Assembly (NCBI GenBank): GCA_002699515.1 | Contig: PAAW01000025.1 | Coordinates: 29,000-92,999 of the forward strand | Direction: 5' to 3' | From: Methanobacteriota archaeon | GTDB lineage: Archaea; Thermoplasmatota; Poseidoniia; Poseidoniales; Poseidoniaceae | DNA: 64,000 nucleotides | Position numbers and translations under genes: made by a program | Notes under the pieces: model-generated | What the model was told of the DNA's origin: nothing | The model's input: only the letters and a program-made list of their open reading frames with translations | Databases searched by the model: none | Shown: piece by piece, positions 9,105 to 18,404 of the stretch | Layout: each line of letters starts with the position of its first letter | Numbering within the stretch: the stretch's first letter is position 1

Positions 9105-11150
9105 TTAAAATGAAATATTAAATTCTAAAGCACTAATACCAAGAAGAATTAATGTAGATATTAAATAACCAAGAATTGCACCACTATTTAGCAAAGGTAA
9201 ACCTGCTTGTGGCCTTCCTAATGCTACATATCCCATTAATATGAAATAACCACATAATCCACCAACCATTGTCAATAAACCAATCCAAATAGTAGCATCA
9301 ATTCCAAGAATCATGGTTCCTTGTGGTAACCATGTAATTGCTGAAATTACTAAAATACCTGGGAATATTACATCACCTAATCCCATAAACATTGCATCTT
9401 TAGTACTTTTTTCCTTTTTATTTTTAAATGATTTAGTTTTTAATTCCCAATCTTCTTCAGAGACATCTCGTTCTCTCATCGTATCTTTTTCATCAAGGAA
9501 AGAGTAATTTTTTTCTTGAGGGGCAACCAATAAGATTGGTAATTTTAAATTTACCATGGTATCGGCCAAATCTAACATGTGTTTGGATTTGTATACAGCC
9601 CAAGCATCATAAATTGCAGCAACAATCATAAAAATAATAATTAGCCATGGCACAAATGAAATTCCTAACATTGCAATTACTCCAGATCCTACTAGTATTC
9701 CAACAGAATTTACAACATACCATTCTGGCCTTATGTATAATACAATCATTAAGAAGATAGATACGCATAAACCAATTAAAGCAGCCCATTCATTTACAAG
9801 TTCAAATTGATTTTCATCAATACTTACAAACTGCCATTTATCATTCATTTGTATGAATACAACAGAATCTACAGAATTCCTTGAAGAATTAGATAATGCT
9901 AAATTCCCATCACCTTCAAAATTAATAGTCATATTAATTTGTTCAACTAAGTGACTACTTCTAAACATTCTTAAATTTTCAGAATCTATTACAAATAATT
10001 CATCTTGAGCATAATTATTGTAATTTGCTAATAATACTGATTTTATTGGTCCATTAAAAAATCCATTATCTAAATGCATTCTCTTTTCTTTACTCGGAAC
10101 AGTATTAGTTTCCAAATTAACATTCCACGCAGTTAAATTTCCGTCATTATCCCCAATGACTAGTAATTGTTGTTCAACTTCTGTTTCTTGCCACAAGGAA
10201 GTGCCTAATGTTGCAGCAGTAATTTTAGTTGAGTATAATGTTTCAAACGATACAGTGAAATTCCCCCCCTCACTTGGTAAATCTAAAAGTGCAAATCTAT
10301 TTTCAGTTACCCAAATTAATTGATTATTTTTTGTACTCCAAATATTAATTGTTTCTTCATTATTGATAAATTCAGGAATTTCATAACTTTGATTATCACC
10401 TATTTTATGCAATGTGTTATTTGAAGAAATATACCAATCTATATCATTTGTAGAAAATCCTAAAGAGCAATCAATATTATTATTCAAATCTTCTGCAATA
10501 TCATGGCTTTGATCAAGTTTTAGCCATGAACTTCCATCACAAATAATCATACCTTCGTCAAACATTGAAAAAGTATAATTTTCTTCATTTGTAAAAAAAA
10601 CAACACCTTGATGAAGCATATTTAGTGGCCCGACTCCATTTTCATCATAGGCATTAGAAAATGAATAAAATGCGTATCCTCCGAAATCTCCTGTTGTACT
10701 ATTTACAAGCTTTTGTGATGCATAAAAACTCTCATTCTTTTGAGAAATAATTTCATATGGATTGTTGTTAATTTCAAACTCTAGCGGTTCTGAGGGTGTT
10801 GAAATAATAAGATTTGTAAGAGGTATTGTAGAATAACAAAGTGCAATAAAAAGTATACCTAAAATTCCATATTTTATTATCCAATCCTTTTTCCATTTTG
10901 CCAAAAATATTATTGCAGCAGTAAATACTAATATCATCACAAATTCAAGTAAAATGTTTCTTGCTTGACTCGCTCCTGCTTCGCCAAATGCTCTAAATTC
11001 TGGTTTATCATAAAACGGTTGAATAACTATTCCAATCACTATTGTGACTACAAACATTATGGCCATTCCAAGCATTGATTGCCATTGTTCTTTCATAGCA
11101 TCTAACATTTCTTTTATTTGTGCAGTAGGGCGTATTGAATCTCCCTCCAT
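9105..11150 (-). CDS. Presenilin-family (A22, PSH-like) intramembrane aspartyl protease with a large inserted soluble domain
   Basis: Catalytic AIYDAWAVY and MGLGD, PQAGLPLL (PAL-equivalent), KHMLDLAD; ~335-aa hydrophilic insert after the third TM helix. Confidence 0.9.
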   Translation of the reverse strand: MEGDSIRPTAQIKEMLDAMKEQWQSMLGMAIMFVVTIVIGIVIQPFYDKPEFRAFGEAGASQARNILLEFVMILVFTAAIIFLAKWKKDWIIKYGILGILFIALCYSTIPLTNLIISTPSEPLEFEINNNPYEIISQKNESFYASQKLVNSTTGDFGGYAFYSFSNAYDENGVGPLNMLHQGVVFFTNEENYTFSMFDEGMIICDGSSWLKLDQSHDIAEDLNNNIDCSLGFSTNDIDWYISSNNTLHKIGDNQSYEIPEFINNEETINIWSTKNNQLIWVTENRFALLDLPSEGGNFTVSFETLYSTKITAATLGTSLWQETEVEQQLLVIGDNDGNLTAWNVNLETNTVPSKEKRMHLDNGFFNGPIKSVLLANYNNYAQDELFVIDSENLRMFRSSHLVEQINMTINFEGDGNLALSNSSRNSVDSVVFIQMNDKWQFVSIDENQFELVNEWAALIGLCVSIFLMIVLYIRPEWYVVNSVGILVGSGVIAMLGISFVPWLIIIFMIVAAIYDAWAVYKSKHMLDLADTMVNLKLPILLVAPQEKNYSFLDEKDTMRERDVSEEDWELKTKSFKNKKEKSTKDAMFMGLGDVIFPGILVISAITWLPQGTMILGIDATIWIGLLTMVGGLCGYFILMGYVALGRPQAGLPLLNSGAILGYLISTLILLGISALEFNISF

Positions 11151-11250
11151 GGCTATGCTTTATCAGTCTCCTCTATCAGTCTGTCTAAAACCCAACATTA
11201 TTTTTGTCAGAAACCTCAATATATCGATTGTTTTGGATGGCATGTATTGA

Positions 11251-12474
11251 ATGGATGCGATTAGATGGTTGGAATCCTTGCGTCAGCAAGGAATGAAACT
11301 TGGATTAGAAAATACAAGTGAATTGCTTTCAAGATTAGATGATCCTCAAAACAAATTTCCCTCAATTCATGTGGCTGGAAGTAATGGTAAAGGAACAATT
11401 TGTTCTATTTTGGCTAATACATTTACATTGAATAATATTAAAACAGGGCTATTTACTTCACCTCACCTTTGTAATATTGAAGAAAGAATAAGAATAAATG
11501 GAGTGCAAATCTTAGAGTCGGATTTTGTCAAAGAAATTGAAAAACTGCATTTAATTTGTGAAATTGAGCCAAAAATAACACCTACTTTTTATGAAGCTAC
11601 TTTTATTATTGCAATGATGTATTTCGCTTCATCAAAGGTTGAACGGGCCATAATTGAAACAGGATTGGGAGGGAGGTTGGACGCGACTAGATTGGTTAAT
11701 GCTGATTGTTGTATTTTAACTCAGATTTCATTAGAACATACAGAGATACTTGGAGATACATTATTGGAAATCGCATCAGAAAAAGCAGCAATTGCTAGAA
11801 AAGGAGCGCCATTAATTTCAATATGGAATGACGATAAAAAAGTACGTAAAAAAATTGAATCTTCAGTTAGTTCTTCAGAATTAATCGAATGGTATAGGAA
11901 TAAACAAAATGAAGACTTTAGAGATGAGGCAATAGGATTAGCAAATTTAGCTTTGTCTAAAATGGATTATACAATGGAATGTAAGGATGGTGCTAAAGTT
12001 ACTTTTTGGCCTGGCCGTATGCAAAAACTTCAAACTCCAGATGGATCAAATATTTTGCTTGATTGCGCACATAATCCTAGTGGACTTTCAAGAGCTATTT
12101 CTGAAATTTCTATGAATTATAAAGGGATTAAAAAAATTATTTTTGGTTGTACTAATCAAACAAATATTGATGCATTTTTACAACCATTAATTTTGTATGT
12201 TAATAGTTCTAGAATAGATGAGATTATTCTAACAGAACCCCAAGAAGGACGTACTAAGGCAATTTCAACAAAGAGATTATTTCAAAAATTATCTGATAAA
12301 CTACCAAACACATGCATTACAGAAATCCCAGAACCATCCGAAGCAATTGAAAGAGGCATAAAAAATTTGAATAAGGGGACTTTACTTTGTATTGGTAGTC
12401 TTTATTTAATTGGAAACATCTTGAAAGTTCTAAATTTAGATAACAGAGATTCTATGAATATATTCCGAAAGTAA
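11251..12474 (+). CDS. folC: Folylpolyglutamate synthase / dihydrofolate synthase
   Basis: IHVAGSNGKG, FTSPHL, ETGLGGRLDAT, WPGRMQ, LDCAHNP, GSLYLIG. Confidence 0.93.
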   Translation: MDAIRWLESLRQQGMKLGLENTSELLSRLDDPQNKFPSIHVAGSNGKGTICSILANTFTLNNIKTGLFTSPHLCNIEERIRINGVQILESDFVKEIEKLHLICEIEPKITPTFYEATFIIAMMYFASSKVERAIIETGLGGRLDATRLVNADCCILTQISLEHTEILGDTLLEIASEKAAIARKGAPLISIWNDDKKVRKKIESSVSSSELIEWYRNKQNEDFRDEAIGLANLALSKMDYTMECKDGAKVTFWPGRMQKLQTPDGSNILLDCAHNPSGLSRAISEISMNYKGIKKIIFGCTNQTNIDAFLQPLILYVNSSRIDEIILTEPQEGRTKAISTKRLFQKLSDKLPNTCITEIPEPSEAIERGIKNLNKGTLLCIGSLYLIGNILKVLNLDNRDSMNIFRK

Positions 12475-12513
12475 GAATTAGGCATATTAGTTACGAGGGG
12501 TAGTGAAGGAATC

Positions 12514-12945
12514 ATGAAATGGGATTTACGTTTTTTAAAACTTGCAACACATATCTCAGAATGGAGCAAAGATCCATCTACTAAAGTAGGATGTATTATT
12601 GTTGGAGAAGATAGAGAAATACGTTCAACTGGCTTTAATGGGTTTCCGAGAGGAATAGAAGATACAGAAGAACGATTGAATGATAGAGCCAAAAAATACC
12701 CTTTGATTTGTCACGCAGAAGAAAATGCAATTATGCATGCTGCAAGGATTGGTGTATCATTAAAAAATTGTATTGCATATGTAACATGGCCACCTTGTAA
12801 TAGGTGTACAAGGTCTCTAATTCAAGCAGGCATTAATAAAATTGTAATTCCAAGTGGTGTTGAAATACCAGAAAGATGGATTGATGAATTTAATTTATCA
12901 AAGTCTATGTTGAATGAATCAGGTGTGGAATTATTAATTATCTGA
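12514..12945 (+). CDS. dCMP deaminase (ComEB-like)
   Basis: WSKDPSTKVG, GFNGFPRG, Zn motif HAEENA...PPCNRC. Confidence 0.92.
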   Translation: MKWDLRFLKLATHISEWSKDPSTKVGCIIVGEDREIRSTGFNGFPRGIEDTEERLNDRAKKYPLICHAEENAIMHAARIGVSLKNCIAYVTWPPCNRCTRSLIQAGINKIVIPSGVEIPERWIDEFNLSKSMLNESGVELLII

Positions 12946-12993
12946 GTTAGATTTTTTAAATATCTAGCAGATTATGTTAAGGCATATTGCCTC

Positions 12994-13434
12994 TTGAGTA
13001 TGTTGAGTCGAATGTCTAAGAAGACGAAAATTGGTATCAAAGAAAAGATTGCAAAGAAATGGGAATCTCTTCGAGATCACCATTTAACAATAATGACGAC
13101 AGTGTTTATGGTATCTCTTGTGATGATGTTATTTACATTGGTATTTGTAATAACTGGGAAATATACCGAATGGCCACCAGAGAGAAATGCATTAGCATGG
13201 CTTTCAGGATTAATTGGGGTAATAGTTGCGATATTTTTGTGGCCAGAATTTTTTTATCTTCGTGGAAGATATAATTATTTGAGAGAATTTCTACAAATCA
13301 ATTCACCTTCCGAATTAAGAAAGGATATGGCAGAGGCTCAGGATGCAGCAAAGATATTAGGTGAACGTTATCAAGATAAATTACAAGAATTTCTTTCAGA
13401 AAAAGGAATTAGGATGAAACGTAAATCAAAATGA
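12994..13434 (+). CDS. Two-TM membrane protein (possibly DUF3198-like)
   Basis: Two hydrophobic segments plus a charged C-terminus, directly upstream of the signal peptidase; the family guess is recalled from Thermoplasmata context. Confidence 0.55.
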   Translation: MSMLSRMSKKTKIGIKEKIAKKWESLRDHHLTIMTTVFMVSLVMMLFTLVFVITGKYTEWPPERNALAWLSGLIGVIVAIFLWPEFFYLRGRYNYLREFLQINSPSELRKDMAEAQDAAKILGERYQDKLQEFLSEKGIRMKRKSK

Positions 13435-13443
13435 GGGGTTTAC

Positions 13444-14433
13444 TTGAGAGCATGGCCTTTGCTTAAAGAATTAATACTTGCAACCAGTATAATTTTACTT
13501 TTGTTGCTTGCAATGTATTCATCAACAGGAAATTCCCCTCCTGTTGTAGTAGTTGAGTCAGATTCAATGATGCATGATCCAGATGGGCAGGTTGGTGCTA
13601 TTGATGCAGGCGATTTAATTTTAGTTCATTCACCAACTAGTAGAAAGATAATAACATATGCTGAATCTTTGGAATTAGCTACAGATTCAAAAATTTATGA
13701 AAGTCATGGATTGCCAGGTGATGTTATAGTGTATGATAAAAATGGTGAAGATAAAACACCAATTATTCATCGTGCAATATTATATGCAAGAGCGAATTTT
13801 ACAGAAACCCCAGATAGAAATAATGAAAGCTGTGTTAACGGTAATTATGATAAATTTCTAATTGATTCAGTTGATTCCCAACTTGGGACTTGTATATTGA
13901 CATGGGATGTTGCCGGAACAACAATTAGAAATTCCACAAAAATAAGTTGGGAGTTTACAAAATATCGCTGTGACTTAACTGACAATGGAGCACATGCTCA
14001 ATATCTTAGAATTATAGATTGGGTTCCTAATCATGAAGGATATTTGACATTAGGGGATAATAATAATTGTAATGTGGATCAAGGAGGTTCAGCAACGAAT
14101 AATACTACAGGAGGAGGATTAAGTGATGCTTCAGGAAAACGTGTACAGGCTGTTTCAAAAGAATGGTTAGAAGGTATTGCTGGTGCTGAGATTCCATGGT
14201 TTGGTTCCATAAAACTAATGACTTTAGGAGCCACATCTTCATCCTCTCCAGGGACGACTTATATTCCTTCAAAAACATGGGTTTCCTTAGCTTTAACAAT
14301 TACAACTCTACTTATATTACCTGTGATTATTGAACCATTGGTTAATAGATTTTTAGAAAGATCTCCCGAAATGAATTCTTATAAGCAAGAATCAAAAAAG
14401 AAAAATATTGATGAAATAGGAGAATCAGAGTGA
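13444..14433 (+). CDS. Signal peptidase I (S26B/Sec11-type) with extended insertion
   Basis: VVVESDSM (catalytic Ser), GDLILV, GDVIVY, PIIHRA (His), TLGDNN...D. Confidence 0.88.
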   Translation: MRAWPLLKELILATSIILLLLLAMYSSTGNSPPVVVVESDSMMHDPDGQVGAIDAGDLILVHSPTSRKIITYAESLELATDSKIYESHGLPGDVIVYDKNGEDKTPIIHRAILYARANFTETPDRNNESCVNGNYDKFLIDSVDSQLGTCILTWDVAGTTIRNSTKISWEFTKYRCDLTDNGAHAQYLRIIDWVPNHEGYLTLGDNNNCNVDQGGSATNNTTGGGLSDASGKRVQAVSKEWLEGIAGAEIPWFGSIKLMTLGATSSSSPGTTYIPSKTWVSLALTITTLLILPVIIEPLVNRFLERSPEMNSYKQESKKKNIDEIGESE

Positions 14434-15009
14434 TTCTTCTTTTATTTCTCTCCCAGCTAGTTTTTCTTGAGTATTTTTCAGTTTTTGTTCTAACTTTCCT
14501 AAATCATTTCTTACAGAATCCATATTTAATTGATCTAATTTAGAAATAATGGCTTGTTTCTCTCTTCTTAAACTAGAAAATCTTGATCTTAAACTATCAG
14601 TTGACTGTCTTGAATTTATTTCATGAACCCATGTTTCTAAAATTTCAATTAGTTCTGTAATGTTTCCCCCACTATCAGTGAAATAGATTTCTTGGTCCTT
14701 AGAAATTTTTAATAATAATTGTTCTGAATTAATAGAATGAGATTTTATACTTCCATTTACATAATCCGATGGAGAAATATAAATTCTTTGCTCAAGGAGA
14801 TAACCAAGGCCGTCTTCTTCAACATCATACATACTCATTGTAATTAATGCAATATTATTTTCAAATTTTACAAGATACTCTGCAAAACCATCTTCTAAAT
14901 GCCATAATTCTATTTGATTAGGAATCTCACCGATTTCATCAAGACAAAGTTGTTCGAGCATTTCAGTATGCATTGTATTGTTGAAAATATAATACACACA
15001 TAATATCAT
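14425..15009 (-). CDS. Hypothetical protein with C-terminal coiled coil
   Basis: 194-aa ORF filling the gap between convergent genes; heptad-rich C-terminus; start uncertain. Confidence 0.6.
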   Translation of the reverse strand: MILCVYYIFNNTMHTEMLEQLCLDEIGEIPNQIELWHLEDGFAEYLVKFENNIALITMSMYDVEEDGLGYLLEQRIYISPSDYVNGSIKSHSINSEQLLLKISKDQEIYFTDSGGNITELIEILETWVHEINSRQSTDSLRSRFSSLRREKQAIISKLDQLNMDSVRNDLGKLEQKLKNTQEKLAGREIKEESL

Positions 15010-15064
15010 CGGAAAATATTCTCCTAATACTTTACTTCAAGAGTGAGAACTGTAACGGGGGGGC

Positions 15065-16627
15065 ATGGCCAATGAGTGGTTGGAGATAAATGCTAACGAC
15101 TTTTTATTTCCAATCTTAGTATTTTCTTTTGTAACTTGGTTGATTTTATTGTCAAAAATGCAAAGAAGTGGATATTTAGATAAATTAAACGCAACAAAAG
15201 CATTGGGTTTTATTTTGATGTTAAGAACTCAAAAGGGGAAAAAACTATTGGAAAAGATATCCAAGCCACGTAAATTTTGGAGGATATATGGAGAGGTCTC
15301 GTTATGGGTTTGCAGAATTTCAATGATTTTTATCATTATAATGTTATTACTAGTAATTTTAATATTTATTTTAACAGGACCCACAAAGGATCCAATGCCA
15401 ATTAGTACAATGATTGCAGTTCCAGGTTTGAATCCAGTAATTCCTTTAGGATGGGGTATTTTTGCATTTATCATTTCATTAGTAATTCATGAATTCGGTC
15501 ATGGTTTACAAGCAAGAGCACATGGCATGAGATTACGTAGTTTTGGTTTATTGTTATTGGGGCCTTTACCTTTAGGTGCTTTTGCAGAGCCAGAATATGA
15601 TGAATTAACTAGAGCTCCAAGAAAGGAACGTCAAAGAATGTTTGCTGCTGGCCCCTCGACTAATATTTTCTTAGCAATTATTTGTTTTTTCATTCTTGTA
15701 TTATCTGCAAATCAATTTACAGCAATTAATCCAGGAATGCATGCACAAGGAATTGTTCAACATGAGCAATCAGGAGCAGAATCCGCTGGCTTGAATGCTT
15801 ATGATATTATTACAAAAATTGATAATTATTCAATTACAACTTACCAGTCATTTGAATCTGCAATGGACGAATATTCTGCAGGAGATAATGTGTCATTAAC
15901 TGTGATTCCAATCAATAATAATGATGAAGCAATTCTTCTTAATGTTACATTAGGTGATGCTTATGAATATAATTATTATAATTGGAATTTATCATCTGGA
16001 AAAGATCTAAATAACGATGGAATTATTGATAAAGTTGATTTTGATAAATATTTAGATGACAATCAGGATTTTTTAGAACAAATAAATAGAATGGTAGAGC
16101 CAGGTGATGCATTTTTAGGGGTTAGCGGAATAGTAAGTAGTACTAATGGAATAGATAAGTTAGCGGGCCCGTTTGCACCAAATTCTCAGGGAACAATTAT
16201 AGGAAAAACAGTTTCTGTGCCATTTCATTTACTTTCACTATTATCAGCACCCTTTGAAAATAAGGGTACAGCAATAAATTCTTTTGAGGAAGAAATGATC
16301 GTTGCAAAAGAAAATGGATTCAGCGGCTTTATAGGAACACTAGGTTTGATTTTAATTGTAGAATCCTGTTTTTGGTTATTGTGGGTAAACATCTTGTTAG
16401 GATTAACAAATTTAATTCCAATCTTGCCTTTTGATGGCGGACACATGTTTAAGGATATGATGCACGGAACAATAGAAAAAATGAATAGAATTAGGAAATC
16501 ACTCGGATTTAGTAAATGGCATCCACTAAGTGTAGAAAATTTTGTTAGGAAAGTTTCAGGATGGAGTTCTTTAGGATTATTTTTTATGTTAATTCTAATG
16601 ATTGTGTTACCATATTTGGTAGCATAG
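15065..16627 (+). CDS. Site-2 protease (M50) with PDZ domain
   Basis: HEFGH, GAFAEP, AAGPSTN, PDZ-like AESAGLNAYDIITKID, NLIPILPFDGGH. Confidence 0.93.
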   Translation: MANEWLEINANDFLFPILVFSFVTWLILLSKMQRSGYLDKLNATKALGFILMLRTQKGKKLLEKISKPRKFWRIYGEVSLWVCRISMIFIIIMLLLVILIFILTGPTKDPMPISTMIAVPGLNPVIPLGWGIFAFIISLVIHEFGHGLQARAHGMRLRSFGLLLLGPLPLGAFAEPEYDELTRAPRKERQRMFAAGPSTNIFLAIICFFILVLSANQFTAINPGMHAQGIVQHEQSGAESAGLNAYDIITKIDNYSITTYQSFESAMDEYSAGDNVSLTVIPINNNDEAILLNVTLGDAYEYNYYNWNLSSGKDLNNDGIIDKVDFDKYLDDNQDFLEQINRMVEPGDAFLGVSGIVSSTNGIDKLAGPFAPNSQGTIIGKTVSVPFHLLSLLSAPFENKGTAINSFEEEMIVAKENGFSGFIGTLGLILIVESCFWLLWVNILLGLTNLIPILPFDGGHMFKDMMHGTIEKMNRIRKSLGFSKWHPLSVENFVRKVSGWSSLGLFFMLILMIVLPYLVA

Positions 16628-17168
16628 TATTGGGTTTTAAATCTTCAAAATTACCTTTTTCTCTACATAGGAACGCAAGGAATTTATGTAATGGAAGTCC
16701 TTTTTCCCAATCAATCATCGGATTACCTTGGTTTGAAAGAGGTAGTGAGGGAATTCTTCTCGCAAGTATTGACAACTTTCCTTTTAAATTATTTGTTTCA
16801 ACTCTAAAAATTCTCCATGAGTCTCCTCTAACTCCCTTTAATCGATGAGCATAAAGAGGCATTAAACCAGTTCTTTCACCTTCCCTTAGCATTGAATTAT
16901 ATTGATGCTTAGTTCTTCCTGAGAGGTATAATTTTTTAGCTTTTGTAGATTTTACTTCTATTGGAAAACTTATATCTCCTCTTAATGCAACCAAATCGCC
17001 ACTTCCTTCCATCCCACTTCCCGCTGCCCTTACAACTAGGAATGGTCTATTCATCACCATCATAATTTGTGTTTTTTCTAATGGACTACAACTACGAGTT
17101 ATAGAATTAATACTCTTCTCATCACCACTTAGTACACGTCGTAATTCTCTTTCATATGAGCTAGACAT
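16584..17168 (-). CDS. hjc: Archaeal Holliday junction resolvase Hjc
   Basis: YERELR, VVRAAGSG, DLVA, IEVKS (PD-(D/E)xK catalytic residues). Confidence 0.85.
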   Translation of the reverse strand: MSSSYERELRRVLSGDEKSINSITRSCSPLEKTQIMMVMNRPFLVVRAAGSGMEGSGDLVALRGDISFPIEVKSTKAKKLYLSGRTKHQYNSMLREGERTGLMPLYAHRLKGVRGDSWRIFRVETNNLKGKLSILARRIPSLPLSNQGNPMIDWEKGLPLHKFLAFLCREKGNFEDLKPNTMLPNMVTQSLELT

Positions 17169-17280
17169 GTGTGTTTCGATTTTGGCGAGCGTACTTGAGG
17201 TTTCTTGTAATTAATCTTTAAAAATCTTAATTTTTAGTAGTATTAAATAATCACGGGATGCTAAGAAGGACTCAGAACAA

Positions 17281-17898
17281 TTATTGGTCAGTAGTATCTC
17301 TTCCAGGAAGTTGATCCTCTGTTTCTCTGTAAACTGTACGCATTGCATCAATAAAATTCTTATTTGATACTATCATATGATATTCTTCTATAGTACATTC
17401 CTCACTATTCAACCATTCAAGTAGAAGGCTAAATGTTAACTTAGCACCTTCTCTATGAGGGTAGGAAAAAATATCCATTGAAAAAGGAGCAGCAGCTACA
17501 ATTTTAACATCATTTTTTTCCCTGATTGCCGAAAACATTGCTTCATAAGTAACAGGTAATAAATCTCTTCTTCTTTGATCTTGAACTGGTCTTCTACAAT
17601 CTGGACTTACAACATGTAGCAAATATTTTGATGAAAGATTGTATGGTTTATTGAATTTAACTGTCGAAACTGGGCAGGGTGGTAAATTTAATTTTCTTTG
17701 TTCTACTGATATTGCTTTACATGCTTCTCTTAATTCTTCACCTGCAACATCATAGACTTTAGCATCAATTCCTTCTCTTCCAGATAATCGATTGTCTGAA
17801 GGAGTAGCAATTAAGTCTGCTTCGTGTTTTGATAGATCTCCATAGAACACTTTTAGGATACCATTTTTACAGGTTCGCTTCATTAGTAATTCTGCCAC
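17281..17898 (-). CDS. Macro-domain protein (divergent)
   Basis: FYGDLS...DLIATPSD.RLSGREGID...VAG.EL..C, YNL..KYLLHVVSP, PFSMDIFSYP. Confidence 0.8.
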   Translation of the reverse strand: MAELLMKRTCKNGILKVFYGDLSKHEADLIATPSDNRLSGREGIDAKVYDVAGEELREACKAISVEQRKLNLPPCPVSTVKFNKPYNLSSKYLLHVVSPDCRRPVQDQRRRDLLPVTYEAMFSAIREKNDVKIVAAAPFSMDIFSYPHREGAKLTFSLLLEWLNSEECTIEEYHMIVSNKNFIDAMRTVYRETEDQLPGRDTTDQ

Positions 17899-18017
17899 AA
17901 TCTACGGAGGTGAGGCCGACCTACATATTGACTTCGGTAATTTACATCATTATAGTGGACCAGTGGTAATATGGAAATAGTGCTTAAATATCATCCTGTA
18001 AGCCTTTTTTTATAGAT

Positions 18018-18031
18018 TACTTTATAAAGTA
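18018..18031 (+). promoter_or_regulatory. TATA box of the MC1 gene embedded in a perfect 14-bp palindrome
   Basis: TACTTTATAAAGTA, about 30-45 nt upstream of ATG 18062. Confidence 0.6.
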
Positions 18032-18061
18032 TCTTTTCTGAGTGCCAGCGAGGAATATCTC

Positions 18062-18331
18062 ATGGCAAAAGACAAGAAGTACTTCGTACTAAGAGAAGGA
18101 GGAGCAGATACAAGTCAAGTATTTGCAAGTGCACAACCTAGAGGAGCAGCATTAAAAGCAGCATCTAGAGGGAAAACTAGCATTCGTTTGAGAGAACGTG
18201 GAACAAATCGTGTTCATGTTTTTGTAGGCGAAAGAAAACAAGTACCTAAACCTGAAAATGGGCCTGACTGGTTACCTGATATGGTCTGGAAGGCAAATGT
18301 AAAGAAACAAGGCATAGAACACTTAGGTTAG
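18062..18331 (+). CDS. Non-histone chromosomal protein MC1
   Basis: YFVLR...QPRGAALKAASRG...IRLRERGT.RVHVF.G.R..VPKP...PDWLP..VWKANVKK, the MC1 family signature. Confidence 0.93.
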   Translation: MAKDKKYFVLREGGADTSQVFASAQPRGAALKAASRGKTSIRLRERGTNRVHVFVGERKQVPKPENGPDWLPDMVWKANVKKQGIEHLG

Positions 18332-18372
18332 ATTTCTTTAAGCACTAAACGGAATATACCGTACCACGCTTC

Positions 18373-18404
18373 CTCTTTCTGGTGCGCCAGAAAGAGTTTT
18401 TTTT
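18373..18404 (+). terminator. Hairpin plus T8 intrinsic-type terminator downstream of MC1
   Basis: CTCTTTCTGG-TGCG-CCAGAAAGAG (10-bp perfect stem) followed by TTTTTTTT. Confidence 0.75.

Noticed and set aside
18337..18349. 13-mer TTTAAGCACTAAA repeated in another intergenic region near 55108
   Set aside because: Two copies of an AT-rich 13-mer are compatible with chance, and there is no shared functional context.
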